This document shows, piece after piece, positions 28,290 through 39,780 of a stretch of DNA of 64,000 bases. The position numbers and the translations under genes are program-made. This DNA comes from the human T2T-CHM13v2.0 reference genome, Homo sapiens. The stretch lies in NCBI RefSeq assembly GCF_009914755.1, contig NC_060942.1. One strand, given 5' to 3'. Position 1 is the first letter of the stretch. The number at the start of each line of letters is the position of its first letter. Under the pieces are notes generated by a model. The model was not told the origin of the DNA. It saw nothing but the letters and a program-made list of their open reading frames with translations, and did not search any database.

Positions 28290-29700
28290 TTCATATTATT
28301 CATTTAACTATTCAAGAAATACATAAAGACCATCTAAAATAGATGTGCAAAACTTAGCTTCTCACTCTATTAGGTACTGGGAGTCAGGAATAAACAATAT
28401 AGATTTACTCTCTGCCTCAATGAAATTAGCCTAGTGAGTAAATGGATATTGAATATACATAATTACAATTACAATAAGTGTTATAAACATGGTAGTTGTC
28501 TTAGAGTAGGCAGAGAGCTAGACATGAGCAGGAGGAGGAGCCCCTAAGAAAAGACAGGTCTGGAAAATCTCACATCCCAGAGACCACCCAAAACATGGAT
28601 GCAAGTTATGAGCAGAGAGGAAAGGAAATACCTATGCAGAGAGAAATGATTCCTAACATGCTCAGTCATTGTTCACTCTGCAGTTAATCTGTCAGAATGT
28701 AGTGAGCTACATGCTTATAAGGAGGGAAAGAGGGCAAAGGAGAAACTCCTAAGAGCCACGCAGGTGCAATAAATATAGATTTGACCACTATACGACCTTC
28801 CTGGCATGGTGGTAATGAGTCATGCAGCCATTAGGTAGAATTTGTGTCCAACATTGGGCCCACGCATGCACACCAACCAATTCAGCATCATTATATATTT
28901 GAGAGCAAGAGGAAGTAAAATAGCTAAATATCAGGTTGTTATAGTGGAAAATTGTTAAGTGTTTGTACAGCACCTATTATTAATGTAAGAGAGGGTGTAA
29001 TAAGCCCGGGGGGAACTAGGTGGGGAAAAAGGCAGGGACTTAAGGCAGACGTGGTAAAACTAGACAAATAAAAAAGGTGGAGACTTATGACACAGGCAGC
29101 AGCTTCATGAAAAAAAAATCCAACATCATAAAAACCCAGTGCAGAACTCTTGGGGCTGCTTCTGGCTCATTCTTTCAGCAGCCCACTATCCCTTACCTTC
29201 CAGAGTGTACTGTCTCTTTAAATAAATATGGCTACTGCTCCGGCTACTGCTCCCAGTGGGGTCAGCCCTCTCTTGGAGTGTACCATTATCTTCTTATTAA
29301 ACCTTTTGCTTACAGTACTAATTATTCTCTTGGCTGAATTCTTTCTGCAAGTATGACTAAGAACCAAGGACTCTGCATTTCCTCATAACAGTTGGATGGC
29401 AATAATGACAAGGTTTATCTAGGAGTGAGAAAGTCAGGGGATGCCATCTTGAAGAAGTGAAGCCCAAGGTTTAGTAGTAGTTAACTAGGTGACTATGTTA
29501 GAGGGATGACAGAAAAGTTTCAGGGAGAAGTAACTACAGATAAAACCATTTGGAGGAGAAACAGAGAGCCTGGAACATTTGTGGGCTGAAAGAATTATTT
29601 GCTTAAGAGAGAGAATACAAAATTATTTGTAGAGCTTGGCTAAACCTTTTAAACTACGGTAAAGATTTTAGATTTAACTAAAAGTATAAAATTAATACAT
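28290..29700 (-). mobile_element. L2 fragment split by MER50
   Basis: TTCATTTAACTATTCAAGAAATA..TAGGTACTGGG..CTCTGCCTCAATGAA upstream of the LTR and AGTCAGGGGATGCC..GAAGAAGTGA downstream. Confidence 0.55.
28499..29390 (+). mobile_element. MER50 (ERV1) solo LTR carrying a ~100-bp foreign insert
   Basis: TCTTAGAGTAGGCAGAGAGCTAGACATGAGCAGGAGG start, ends ATAACA. 4-bp TSD GTTG at 28495-28498 and 29391-29394. Confidence 0.85.
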
Positions 29701-29729
29701 AAGTTTAGCTGAGTAGGAAGATTCAATAG

Positions 29730-29866
29730 CAGTTTACAAAATTTTTCAATATTCCTATATACAAAATTTGTATTTAGGTTAAGGAACCAAGGAGCCAAAA
29801 CAATTATGAATCAGAGCAAAGGTGGAGAATTCACAAGACTCAATTTCAAAGCTTACTATAAAGCTA
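29730..29866 (+). mobile_element. Old L1 ORF2 fragment
   Basis: AGCCAAAACAAT..CAAAGGTGGAGAATTCACA..ATTTCAAAGCTTACTATAAAGCTA, the FKxYYKA region of ORF2. Interrupted by the following LTR. Confidence 0.7.
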
Positions 29867-30445
29867 TGACAGAGCAGGAGCACCAGTATTTCAGACAAAC
29901 ACCAGCTTTCGGACAAGTTCCAGCTTCTATCCTAGCCTCATGCATTTCAAGAAAATTACTTCTCTTTTAACAACAAGGAGCCAGAAAGAGCAGACAGTAG
30001 AACACAGATCAGACAGTTTGGACATGGGGAGCCGGGGGGGGAGTCTCTTGGGTAACTTCCACACTTCACCCTCATACATGGGCCCCAGTAAAAGTGGGCC
30101 TTAATAAGCACATTCCTTTATTAGGAAGGTGCACTTATATTCAGGTGCACTAAGTTAGGGAAACTAAAAGCAGACTCGGTGGGTATGCCTGCAGCTGTAG
30201 AAAGATGTATGGGAACAGACATACAACTCTCACTCCCAAATAAGCACAACAAAGAAACACAGAAGCAGTCCAAGCCTCTGATAAATTCTCCCACCCTAAA
30301 TCCTTAAAAACTCTTAGTCCATAGGAGAGAGTGCCCCTGACCTAACTTGGCCAGAAGCCCCTCTCATGTTTATTCTCTAAAATAAACCTGTCTTTAACTG
30401 TCAAGCCACTTTTTCTGTCTCTTTCCTCTCTCTTTAATTCTTACA
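29867..30445 (+). mobile_element. ERV1 solo LTR, LTR19-like (probably LTR19B)
   Basis: TGACAGAGCAGGAGCACC start, AATAAA near the 3' end, ends TTCTTACA. Perfect 5-bp TSD AGCTA at 29862-29866 and 30446-30450. Confidence 0.82.
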
Positions 30446-31867
30446 AGCTACAAAAATCTGGTAAAACAAGACTCCAAGTTTTGCTTGAGAGAAAACCCTA
30501 TGCATACTCCACCATGGGGTTTAGGTCTACTGACCTCACTCTTGCTCCAGATACAAGGCTTTATAATTGTGTGTAAATTAATACACCCTGTCTCAAGTAT
30601 GGTTATCCAAAAGCCAACCTTGAGCCAAGGTTTTATGTGTAAGTTATTTATGATGGTGCATGAACTGTCATGGGAGACTGTTAACAGAGTGAAGAAAGCA
30701 GCACTTCAAGAACTAGCTTAGGCAAAGTCTTGAAAATAGTAGCTTCAGCCTTTCCCTGTAGTTAGGCCTTACTGACGCAGGCTAGCTGGGCTTTCCTGTC
30801 CCCAACCCTAGTTATAGTTAGTTCATTCCTGTAAGAATTTTGCTGTGCATCTGACAGCTCCCTTGCTCTTTCTTTTGTGACTGAAGCTTAGAAGATATCA
30901 GGTTAATTCAAACATTTATGATGTTAAGTGGAGACATTTAAAAATTAAGTCAATAGAGTGAAAAGTAAAGCAAAGAAATAGAAAGAAACAGTCCTATAAC
31001 CTTACTCTAACTCTGAATGCAGATTTGCCTGAGGCTAGATTCAACCTGGATGCTCCAGTTACTCAGTTTTATGAACCAATATATTCTTCTCCCACCTTCT
31101 GCTTTCTTTGTTTAAGGCATTTGAATTGGGTTTTTGGCTGTTTCACAAAAAAGTGAAAAGTAATACAGGGCCTCAGAAATTCATCCTAAAACAAACGATT
31201 CCAGAGAAGCATTTTGAAGGATATACAGGAGTGAATTGAGTAAATAGATCACTCTGACTTCCACTGGTTCCTGAGGTTATATTAAGGCACTGCAGAGAGT
31301 GAGGGGACATAAGAGGATCAGCCTCATCATGAAGTAGGGTATGAATTTTTGTTTATTTTATTTTGATAAGTTGGAAACAGAAATTTACTCAGAATAGCTT
31401 GCATATAACCATTTACCAATCTGCCAAAACTAATAGATATAAGTAATTTGTCAACGTAATTTATCAGAATTAAAATTCCTGGTATTTCTCCTTTGCAGTT
31501 CAATCCCCAACTCTCCTTCCTCAGAGACAAGCACTATCATAATTTGATGCCTATCTTTCCCATTCATGTTTTATAGATATCACACATTCACAAGGTAGGT
31601 GTGTGTATGTTAAAACCACATACATATACAGGAAATAAATTTGTTTTATATACCATATTTCAATCAATATTATATTTTAATAGATATAATTTAATTTAAA
31701 TGCTATCAAATTCCATCAGCTGGCTACCCTCCAATTTCTTCACATTTAACAAATGTATCTTTTAAAATTTATTTTTTAAACTTTCTGTGTTTACTTAACT
31801 AGTTTTATTACTTGTATTCAGCATAATAGCTGAATTTAGAGTCTTTTTTCCTAATTAGAGAGGTATA

Positions 31868-32041
31868 TCACACACACAAACACACACACACATACACACA
31901 CACACATATATATAAACCATGTATATATACACATATATTTTATATATGTGTATATATACATATAAAACCATATATATTTTTTAAATATACATATAAAACC
32001 ATGTATATATATATTTTATATATATATATACATGGTTTTAT
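31868..32041. repeat. (CA)n/(TA)n compound repeat containing two palindromes
   Basis: Seen directly. Arms 31919-31938/31942-31961 and 31993-32014/32020-32041. Confidence 0.9.
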
Positions 32042-32264
32042 TTTTTTTTTTCTAGACTGGGTTTTGCTCTGTCACCCAGGCTGGAGTGCAGTGGTGTGAT
32101 CATGGCTCACTGCAGGCTCGACCTCCCAGGCTCAAGCTATCCACTATCCTCTCACCTAAGCCTCCTGAGTAGCTAGGACTACAGGCAGATGCCTCCACAT
32201 CTAGCTAATTTTTAAAAATTTTCTAGAGTCAAGATCTCACTTTGTTGTCCAGACTGGTCTAGAA
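32042..32264 (-). mobile_element. 5'-truncated AluJ
   Basis: GCTCTGTCACCCAGGCTGGAGTGCAGTGGTGTGATCATGGCTCACTGCAG..AGGCTCAAG. The left arm stops at CTGGTCTAGAA. Confidence 0.88.
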
Positions 32265-32523
32265 TATTAATTTTAGGAGTTATGTTAGGAGTTATTATTG
32301 ACATTTTATTTTGGAATTTATATTTACTACACTCTACTTTTTTTTCTTTTTTCCTGACTTCTTTTTGAATGAGCAATTTTTCTTTTTCTTCATTTTCTTC
32401 TACCCAGTAACTTCCTATTTTCTATTTCTATCATTTTAGTAAATTATACATGTTTTAACATTTATATCTTATTGCTCCTCACTAAAAGATACATACTCTA
32501 GAACACAAACCATGATATGCATC

Positions 32524-34818
32524 TGTATTAGTCTTTGTTCATGCTGCTGATAAAGACATACTCAAGACTGGGAAGAAAAGAGGTTTAATAGACTTACAGT
32601 TCCAGATTGTGGGGGAGGCCTCACAACCATGGTGGAAGGCAAGGAGGAGCAAGTTGTATCTTACATGGATGGCGGCAGGCAAGAGAGAGCTTGTGCAAGG
32701 AAATTCCCATTTTAAAACCATCAGCTCTCATGAAACTAAGTCACTATCATGAAAACAGCTCAAGGAAAGACCCACCCCATAATTCAATCACCTCCTATGA
32801 GTTTCCTCCCATGACATGTGGGAATTGTGGGAGTTACAATTTAAGATGAGATTTGGGTGGGGACAAATCCAAACCATATCAACCACACTTTGACCCATCC
32901 CAAATTTCATGTCCTCACATATCAAAACTAATCATGTCTTCCCAACAGTCCCCCAGGGTCTTAACTCATTTCAGCATTAACTCAAAGGTCCACAGTCCAA
33001 TGTATCATCTGAAATAAGGCAAGTCCCTTTCAGCTATGAGCCTGTAAAATCAAAAGCAAGTTAGTTACTTCCATGATACAACTTGGGTACAGGCATTAGG
33101 TAAATACAACGATTCTAAATGGGAGAAATTGGCCCCGACAAAGGGACTACAGGTCCCATGCAAGTCCAAAATCCAGCAGAGCAGTCAAATCTTAAAGCTC
33201 AAAAGTGATCTCCTTTGACTCCATGTCTCACATCCAGGTCATGCTGATGCAAGAGGTGGATTCCCATGGTCTTGGGAAACTCCACCCCTGTGGCTTTGCA
33301 GAATACAACCTTCCTCCAGGCTCCTTTCATGAGCTGGCATTGAGCGCCTGCTGCTTTTCCAGGCCCACAGTGCAAGATGTGGGCGGATCTACCTTTCTGG
33401 GGTCTGGGGGATGGTGGCCCTCTTCTCAAAGCTCCACTAGGTGGTGCCCCAGTGGGAATTTTGTGTGGGGGCACTGACCCCACATTTCCCTTCTGCACTG
33501 CCCTAGCAGAGGCTCTCTATGAGGACCCCACCCCTTCAGCAAACTTCTGCCTGAACATCTAGGCATTCCATACATCCTCTGAAATCTAGGCTGAGGTGCC
33601 CAAACCTCGATTCTTGACTTCTGTACACCTGCAGGCTCAACACCATGTGGAAGCTACTAAGGTCTGGGGCTTGCGCCTTCTGAAGCCACTGCCTGACCTG
33701 TACCTTGGCCCCTTTTAGTCATGGCTAGAGAAGCTGGGATGCAGGGCAGCAAGTTCCTAGACTGCACACAGCATGGGGACCCTGGGCCTGGCCCACAAAA
33801 CCATTTTTTCCTCCTAGGCCTCTGGGTCTGTGATTGGAGGGGCTGCCATGAAGACCTCTGAATTGCCCTGAAGACATTTTTTCAATTGTCTTGGGGATTA
33901 ACATCCAGCTCATCATTACTTATGCAAATTTCTGCAGCCAGTTTGAATTTCTTCAGAAAATGGGATTTTCTTTTCTATTGCATTGTCAGGCTGCAAATTT
34001 TCTTAACTTTTATGCTCTGCTTCCCTTATAAAACTGAATGTTTTTAACAGTACCCAAGTCACATCTTGAATGCTTTGCTACTTAGAAATTTCTTCTACCA
34101 GATATCCTAAATTATCTCTCTCAAGTTAAAGAATCCACAAATCTCTAGGGCAGGGGCAAAATGTCACCAATCTCTTTGTTAAAGCATAACAAGGGTCACC
34201 TTTGCTCCAGTTCCCAACAACTTTCTCATCTCCATCTGAGACCACCTTAACCTGGATGTCATTGTCCATATCATTGTCAGCATTTTGGTCAAAGCCATTC
34301 AAAAAGTCTCTAGGGAGTTCCAAACTCTCCCACATCTTCCTGTCTTCTTCTGAGCCCTCCAAACTATTCAAACTTCTGCCTATTACCCAGTTCCAAAGTC
34401 GCTTCCACATTTCTGGGTATCTTTTCAGCAAAGCCTCACTCTACTGGTACCAATTTACTGTATTAGTCTGTTTTCATGCTGCTGATAAAGATGTACTTCA
34501 GACTGGGAAGAACTTGATGTTTAATGGACTTACAGTTCCCCGTAGCTGAGGAAGCCTCACAATCATGGCAGAAGGCAAGGAGGAGCAAGTCACATCTTTC
34601 ATGGATGGTGGTAGGCAAGAGAGAGCTTGTGCAGGGAAAGTCCCATTTTTAAAACCATCAGTTCTCATGAGAATCATTCACTATCACAAGAACAGTGCAG
34701 GAAAGTCCCACCCCCATAATCCAATCCCCTCCCATCGGGTTCCTTCCACTACACGTGAGAATTGTGGGAGTTACTATTCAAGATGAGATTTGGGTGGGGA
34801 CACTGCAAAGCCATATCA
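32524..34818 (-). mobile_element. Full-length THE1 (THE1A/B) MaLR provirus: LTR 32524-32881, internal 32882-34458, LTR 34459-34818
   Basis: Two ~360-bp direct repeats (TGTATTAGTC..CCATATCA) around ~1.58 kb of THE1-int sequence. Perfect 5-bp TSD GCATC at 32519-32523 and 34819-34823. Confidence 0.95.
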
Positions 34819-36349
34819 GCATCTCAGGAGATTTCTTATTCTCTGAGGGCTAGAGGCATATTAAATATCCCTACCTACCAGAGCAGCACAGTGAGTATGT
34901 TTACATTTGGTTCAGAGAATGCATCAGAAACTCCTCTCTCTTATATTGACTTTTACATGAGGAACAGAGAACTAAATAGAAAAACTAATAGAAAAGCTAA
35001 TACCTAATGAATATGTGTGTGTGTGTGTGTGTCTGTTTTTGTGTGTATGTCTATGTGTTCCATAAATGGATTTAGAATAGATTCTTACATATGGAGCTGC
35101 AGCGTCAAAGGAAATGTTTTAAAAGTGATAGAATGTCTAAAAGACCATTTATGCTTGAAAAACTGGACACGTTAGGAATACTCTGCCATATCATTCCTAT
35201 CAACTCAGATTATTCTTACTACTAACTACACTCTGAAGCTCCACAAGGAGAAAAAATCCACCATTTGCTGCCTTATTTTCTATTCATACTTTCTTGTAAT
35301 ACAAGCAGACAGAATTGGATCCATAAATGAAGTTTATAGTGCCTGTGTGGGTACGACAAGGTAAAGGGAACATATCACAGACTTTAAAAACAGATCTTGT
35401 TTCAAGGATGATTATCACTCTCTTTCTCTACTTTTGGAAAAAGAAAAGTTCCCACTTGTTTGTTTTGTCTGAAATAATAAACTTATACGAAAACACATGT
35501 GTAAATGTTGAACTGTAAAATAAAAATGTAAGGTATAAAGGGGCTCTTTACCAGTGAAACAGCTGGTAGATTTCTAATATTGCTTGTAAGCTCTTTTCAA
35601 CTTGTTCTTCCATTGAATGTTTGTGTGTGGAACAGTTACACATTCAATTATTAAGTATATGTGCGCAAAATAGTTACCATACATTAACTTGGCATCAATA
35701 AATGTGTGCTTTGATAAAAAAAATTAGGTTTTTCATTTCAGTCTCTCCTGCAACTGATGTTTATTGCTTAGTGGAAAAGCTGTGTCTCAGAAATGTATGG
35801 ATTTCTTGGCTTTCCCAAGAGAAAAGAGAGGAGAAAGTCAGCAGGACATGAAAGTGTACTCTGGGATCAGATTTTCTTTGTGTGTCCACTAATTTATTTG
35901 TTTTTTAGGCATTTTATAAAACACTGAGAAGGCAATAGAGATTCTACTTCATCCAGGACAGAGAGAATAGGCCATAATTCTGGTGAAAGAAAATATTGAA
36001 AACTCCATCTTGGCCTGAAGTGTTAAATCAAGGAGTCTGGACCTGACTTGAAATAAGGTCAGAATGACAAGTTCAAAGGTATCTTAAGTGGGTGGATTAA
36101 GCTTTGCCTTTTAGTGAACATTCTTGGGGTGTTCAGTAACTAGGCGAGGCAGAAGTAGAGGTCATCATGAAAGTCCATAGGAAGATCACTCTATTCACTG
36201 CCTTTTTTGTGGTGTGCCAAAGTGTGAAGGAGGACAGAATTATCAGTTCTCCTAAGGAAGGACAAAACCACTCCATTGGAATCAGAAGACTGCTAAACCT
36301 TCATTTGAAATCATTGTGAGACTCTCTTTTAAATACATACTTTGTGTTA

Positions 36350-37320
36350 TAATTTACTCAGTCAGCAAATATCTATGAAGTACCTACTATGTGCTGGGCA
36401 CTGCTTTAAGTGCTTGGGATATAGCAGTTAAAAATGATAAAAGGCAGGCCAGGCACAGTGGCACATGGCTGTAATCTCTACACTTTGAGAGGATCACTTG
36501 ACCCCAGGAGTTCAAGAACAGCCTGGGCAACAGAGTGAGGCCTCGTCTCTACAAAAAATTTTAAAAAAATAAATATTAAACATTTTAAAAATTTAAAAAT
36601 AGTTGGATGTGGTGGCACACATTTGTAGTCCTACTTTGGAGGCCTGGGTGGGAAGATTACTTGAGCCCAGGAGTTCGAGGCTGCAGTGAGCTACGATCAT
36701 GCCACTGTGCCAGAGTGCCAGGGTGACAGAGCAACACCTTATCTCTAAATAATAATAATAAATAATAACATTATTATTATTAACATAAAGGCACAAAGCC
36801 CTGCCTTCATAGAGCTGACACATAATCAGATAAGTCAGATAGTAAACAATGCTTTAACACAGCAGAGTATAACACAAAAACATAATGAATATGAAGTGCA
36901 CATTATATGTTATAAGATGGCGCATGTAGTAAAGAAATACAGACTCCTATGAAGGTGAGGGGATGGATTGTGTCAGGGCAGGCCTCAGTGATTTGTGCAA
37001 AGACTTAAAGGATATAGGGAATGAGCCAAGGGAATGGTTGCAGAAAAAATATTTAAGGCAGTCTGAATGAACAAAATAAAAGGCCTACACAGCAGCAGGT
37101 TGGGTATATTCAATAACAAGAAGACCATGTGGGCTTGAAGTCACATGACTTGAAGGGACAAATCCTAGAAGATGTAGTCTTAGAAGTGACAGGGCCCAAA
37201 TTGTATAAGGCTCCGTAGGCCTTTGGATGTACTTTGGCATTTGCTCTGAGTAAAATGGGGATTGTTGAAAGGTTTCAAGCATGTCTTTTAAATAAGTAAA
37301 ACTTCTTGCTATAAAATTAC
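36350..37320 (-). mobile_element. L2a-like 3' region split by an Alu
   Basis: CAGCAAATATCTATGAAGTACCTACTATGTGCTGGGCACTG..CCCTGCCTTCATAGAGCTGACA..TGAGCCAAG..CTCTGAGTAAAATGGG. Confidence 0.75.
36447..36784 (+). mobile_element. AluJ with small deletions and an (AAT)n tail
   Basis: GGCCAGGCACAGTGG start, GAGCCCAGGAGTTCGAGGCTGCAGTGAGCTACGATC. TSD-like ATAAA(A)GGCA on both sides. Confidence 0.88.
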
Positions 37321-38268
37321 TAGGACATCTCCATTCCATTAATGCTTCAATAAGATCTTTAAAATTTACTTTGTCTTTTTAGGAATAGAATACACTCTAA
37401 GAGGCTTAAATCATTTTCTATTCTATGTCAGTTACTTCATCAGAAAAATTAAGTTATCCAGAGTTTCTGTCTTCTGAATGGTGGACTCTATTTCTACTTT
37501 TTAAAAATACTCCTCCCAACTTCTGTCTAAGAAAAATTTACATTTGAGGAGGGATTCTCTACTCTTAAATGAAGGGTCTATTAGAGGATTCTCAATAACA
37601 CTAAATGGGTCTTTTTATAACTGAAATGGATTTATTTCTTTTAAACAATATAATGTTTAAGTCATTTTTTAAACAGATGCAAATTTATTTTCTATTAGTG
37701 TGCCATTTAGAATTTTATTGACAATAAGATACGAGGAAATATCACTGATAATCTTATTTATGACTTGGTAAAATCTCTAAGATTTTTTTATTCTCTCAAT
37801 CTCCCAGCTCTGTTCTCAATTACTTTCTTTAGCTCATTATATAAAAACAAACAAACGAACAGAGGCAATGAGAATAAGTAAAAATCCATTGGCTATTTTT
37901 CTGTCACCCATTTTTTTTTTTGGCATTTTCTTTATCTGCAAGTTTTTCATTAAAAATTATCAACCCAGTGATGGTAGGTAGATCCCCACTTTTGAATTAG
38001 GCATAGACACTGATACAACTTTACCCAAATATTACTCTAGTGTATTCAATATATTGAAACATGCTATTAATAATTATTGCCAACTTTTATGTAAATACTT
38101 TTTATGATCCCCCAAATTTGGCCTATCTTGCTTTCTATTTCAGATTAGCATAAGATACTCTTAACTAAGAACGTGTGAGGGCACATAGTCTCCTAGGAAA
38201 AACCAAAACCAACACATTGTGGACTCTTGGAAAGTGTTCATATCAATGATTTGTTTCTAACTTAATGT

Positions 38269-39780
38269 TAATGGCCGCAGCAGCCTGTCTGCAGTGGCCA
38301 CTGCGAAGATGCTGCAGTAGGGAAGGTGTAGCCAGGACAGGTTCCTTGGAGACTGTGGGAGCCGGGAACAGGTGGGAACCCCGCCTCTTATCGAGTTGGT
38401 GAGGCAGGAGCCCCACACTCCTGGGCGCAGCTGTAGCTGACCAGCTGAGGCTCCAGACCCAGGCATTCCTGTGCTCTTGGGAGCCCGGGAAGCCCCTCTT
38501 CCCCCGCAGGCTTGGAAATGCCTGCTCTAGTTCCCTGGCCTCTGCCTGCTCTAGGGCAGAGCAAAGTTGTGTCCACGGCCGGGTGCTCTTGCAACCCAGT
38601 CGGGTGTGCGCGGCCTCGGGGCGACACTGACATGCCAGCCCCCGGTCACCATGGCCCCCTCCAGACTTTGGGTACTGACGAGCATGGGAGGGAGGCCAAG
38701 GCGAGGCTTAGGGAGGCTCAGTGCAGGCGCCCCTTGACACAAACAACCTGGGCCTGCGATGGATGGCATGTTGATGGCGGCAGGAGGCAGACAGGCTCCT
38801 GGGTGGAAATGGGCGGGTCCCCGGTGAAACCCCATCTTCAAGCCAGGGATGGCCTGAAGCCTGGGGTTCAAGCTGCCAGTTCTTGGTGGAGTCTGCGGCT
38901 CACAGTGAGAAGGTATGATGCTTCTTCTGGGCCTGCCCACAGTTGCCCACAAACCGATCAGCACGCACTTCTTTCCTTCTGAGCCCATAATAACCCAGAA
39001 CTGATGTCAGGACTGACATCAGGACTACCAGCTGCAGGAAGGAGCTACCCACTGCAGGGGTCCTGAAAGCTGTTGTCACTCGACGAAGCTCCTCTCCTCC
39101 TTGTTTACCCTCCAGTTGTCCACATAGGAGATTCTTCCTGGATGTAGGACAAGATCTCGGGACCTGTCAAATGGTGGGACTGAAAGAGCTGTAACACAAA
39201 CAGGGCTGAAACACATGCCCTGCCTTCGACCCTGCTCGCCACCTAGCAGTCAACCAGAAGAGAAGAGCTGTGGCCCCTCTGGGAGCCCAGAGAAGAAGAG
39301 AATTGTTGTGGCCCTTCCGGGATCCCAGACCTAGGGACTCCTTGAGTCAGGGCTGTGACAACCTCTTTGGGGCTCTGCAGTTCCTGGCATCTCCAAGCTT
39401 CCAGGAACCACTGTGTTCACTCATCCACAGGCGGATGCCCACAGTGGAAGCCATGTGCGCTATATCTGATTTAGCCACAGCTTCACAGGGAGTCAGCACC
39501 TGTGCCAGTGCCTGAAGCTGCCCACCCTGTCACAGCCAGCGTGTCTGGCTGTAAGCAGTGGCTGGACCCCACTCTTGCTCGCCCACACACCCTTCACCAC
39601 TTCGCACCTGGCTCACCTTTGACAGGTGTGGGATCCAGGCCAGTAGTGTGAGCTGAGTGCAGCCTTCCTGGCCAAGTGTGTGGAATGAGTCCAGTGGACA
39701 CGAGCAATACTCAGGCAGAAGGTGCCACCAGACACAGAAGTTTCTGGCTGGTGAAGCAACACCCTAAGCATCCTGTGACA
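38269..39780 (+). mobile_element. MER52 (MER52A-like) ERV1 solo LTR
   Basis: GC-rich 1.5-kb block in AT-rich context. MER52-type start and GGGCGGGTCCCCGGTGAAACCCCA core, ends CATCCTGTGACA. Imperfect TSD ATGT/ATGC. Confidence 0.88.

Noticed and set aside
20548-29390. Similar LTR starts (TTAG(A/G)GTAGG) 8 kb apart
   Set aside because: Opposite orientations and separate TSDs, so two independent solo LTRs.
33199-34549. ORFs up to 115 aa in the THE1 internal region
   Set aside because: Fragments of the decayed MaLR internal sequence, with no continuous reading frame.
38257-39780. GC-rich block with 145-156-aa ORFs suggesting a CpG-island promoter or gene
   Set aside because: Fully explained by a MER52 LTR. 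Long ORFs are expected in GC-rich, stop-poor DNA.
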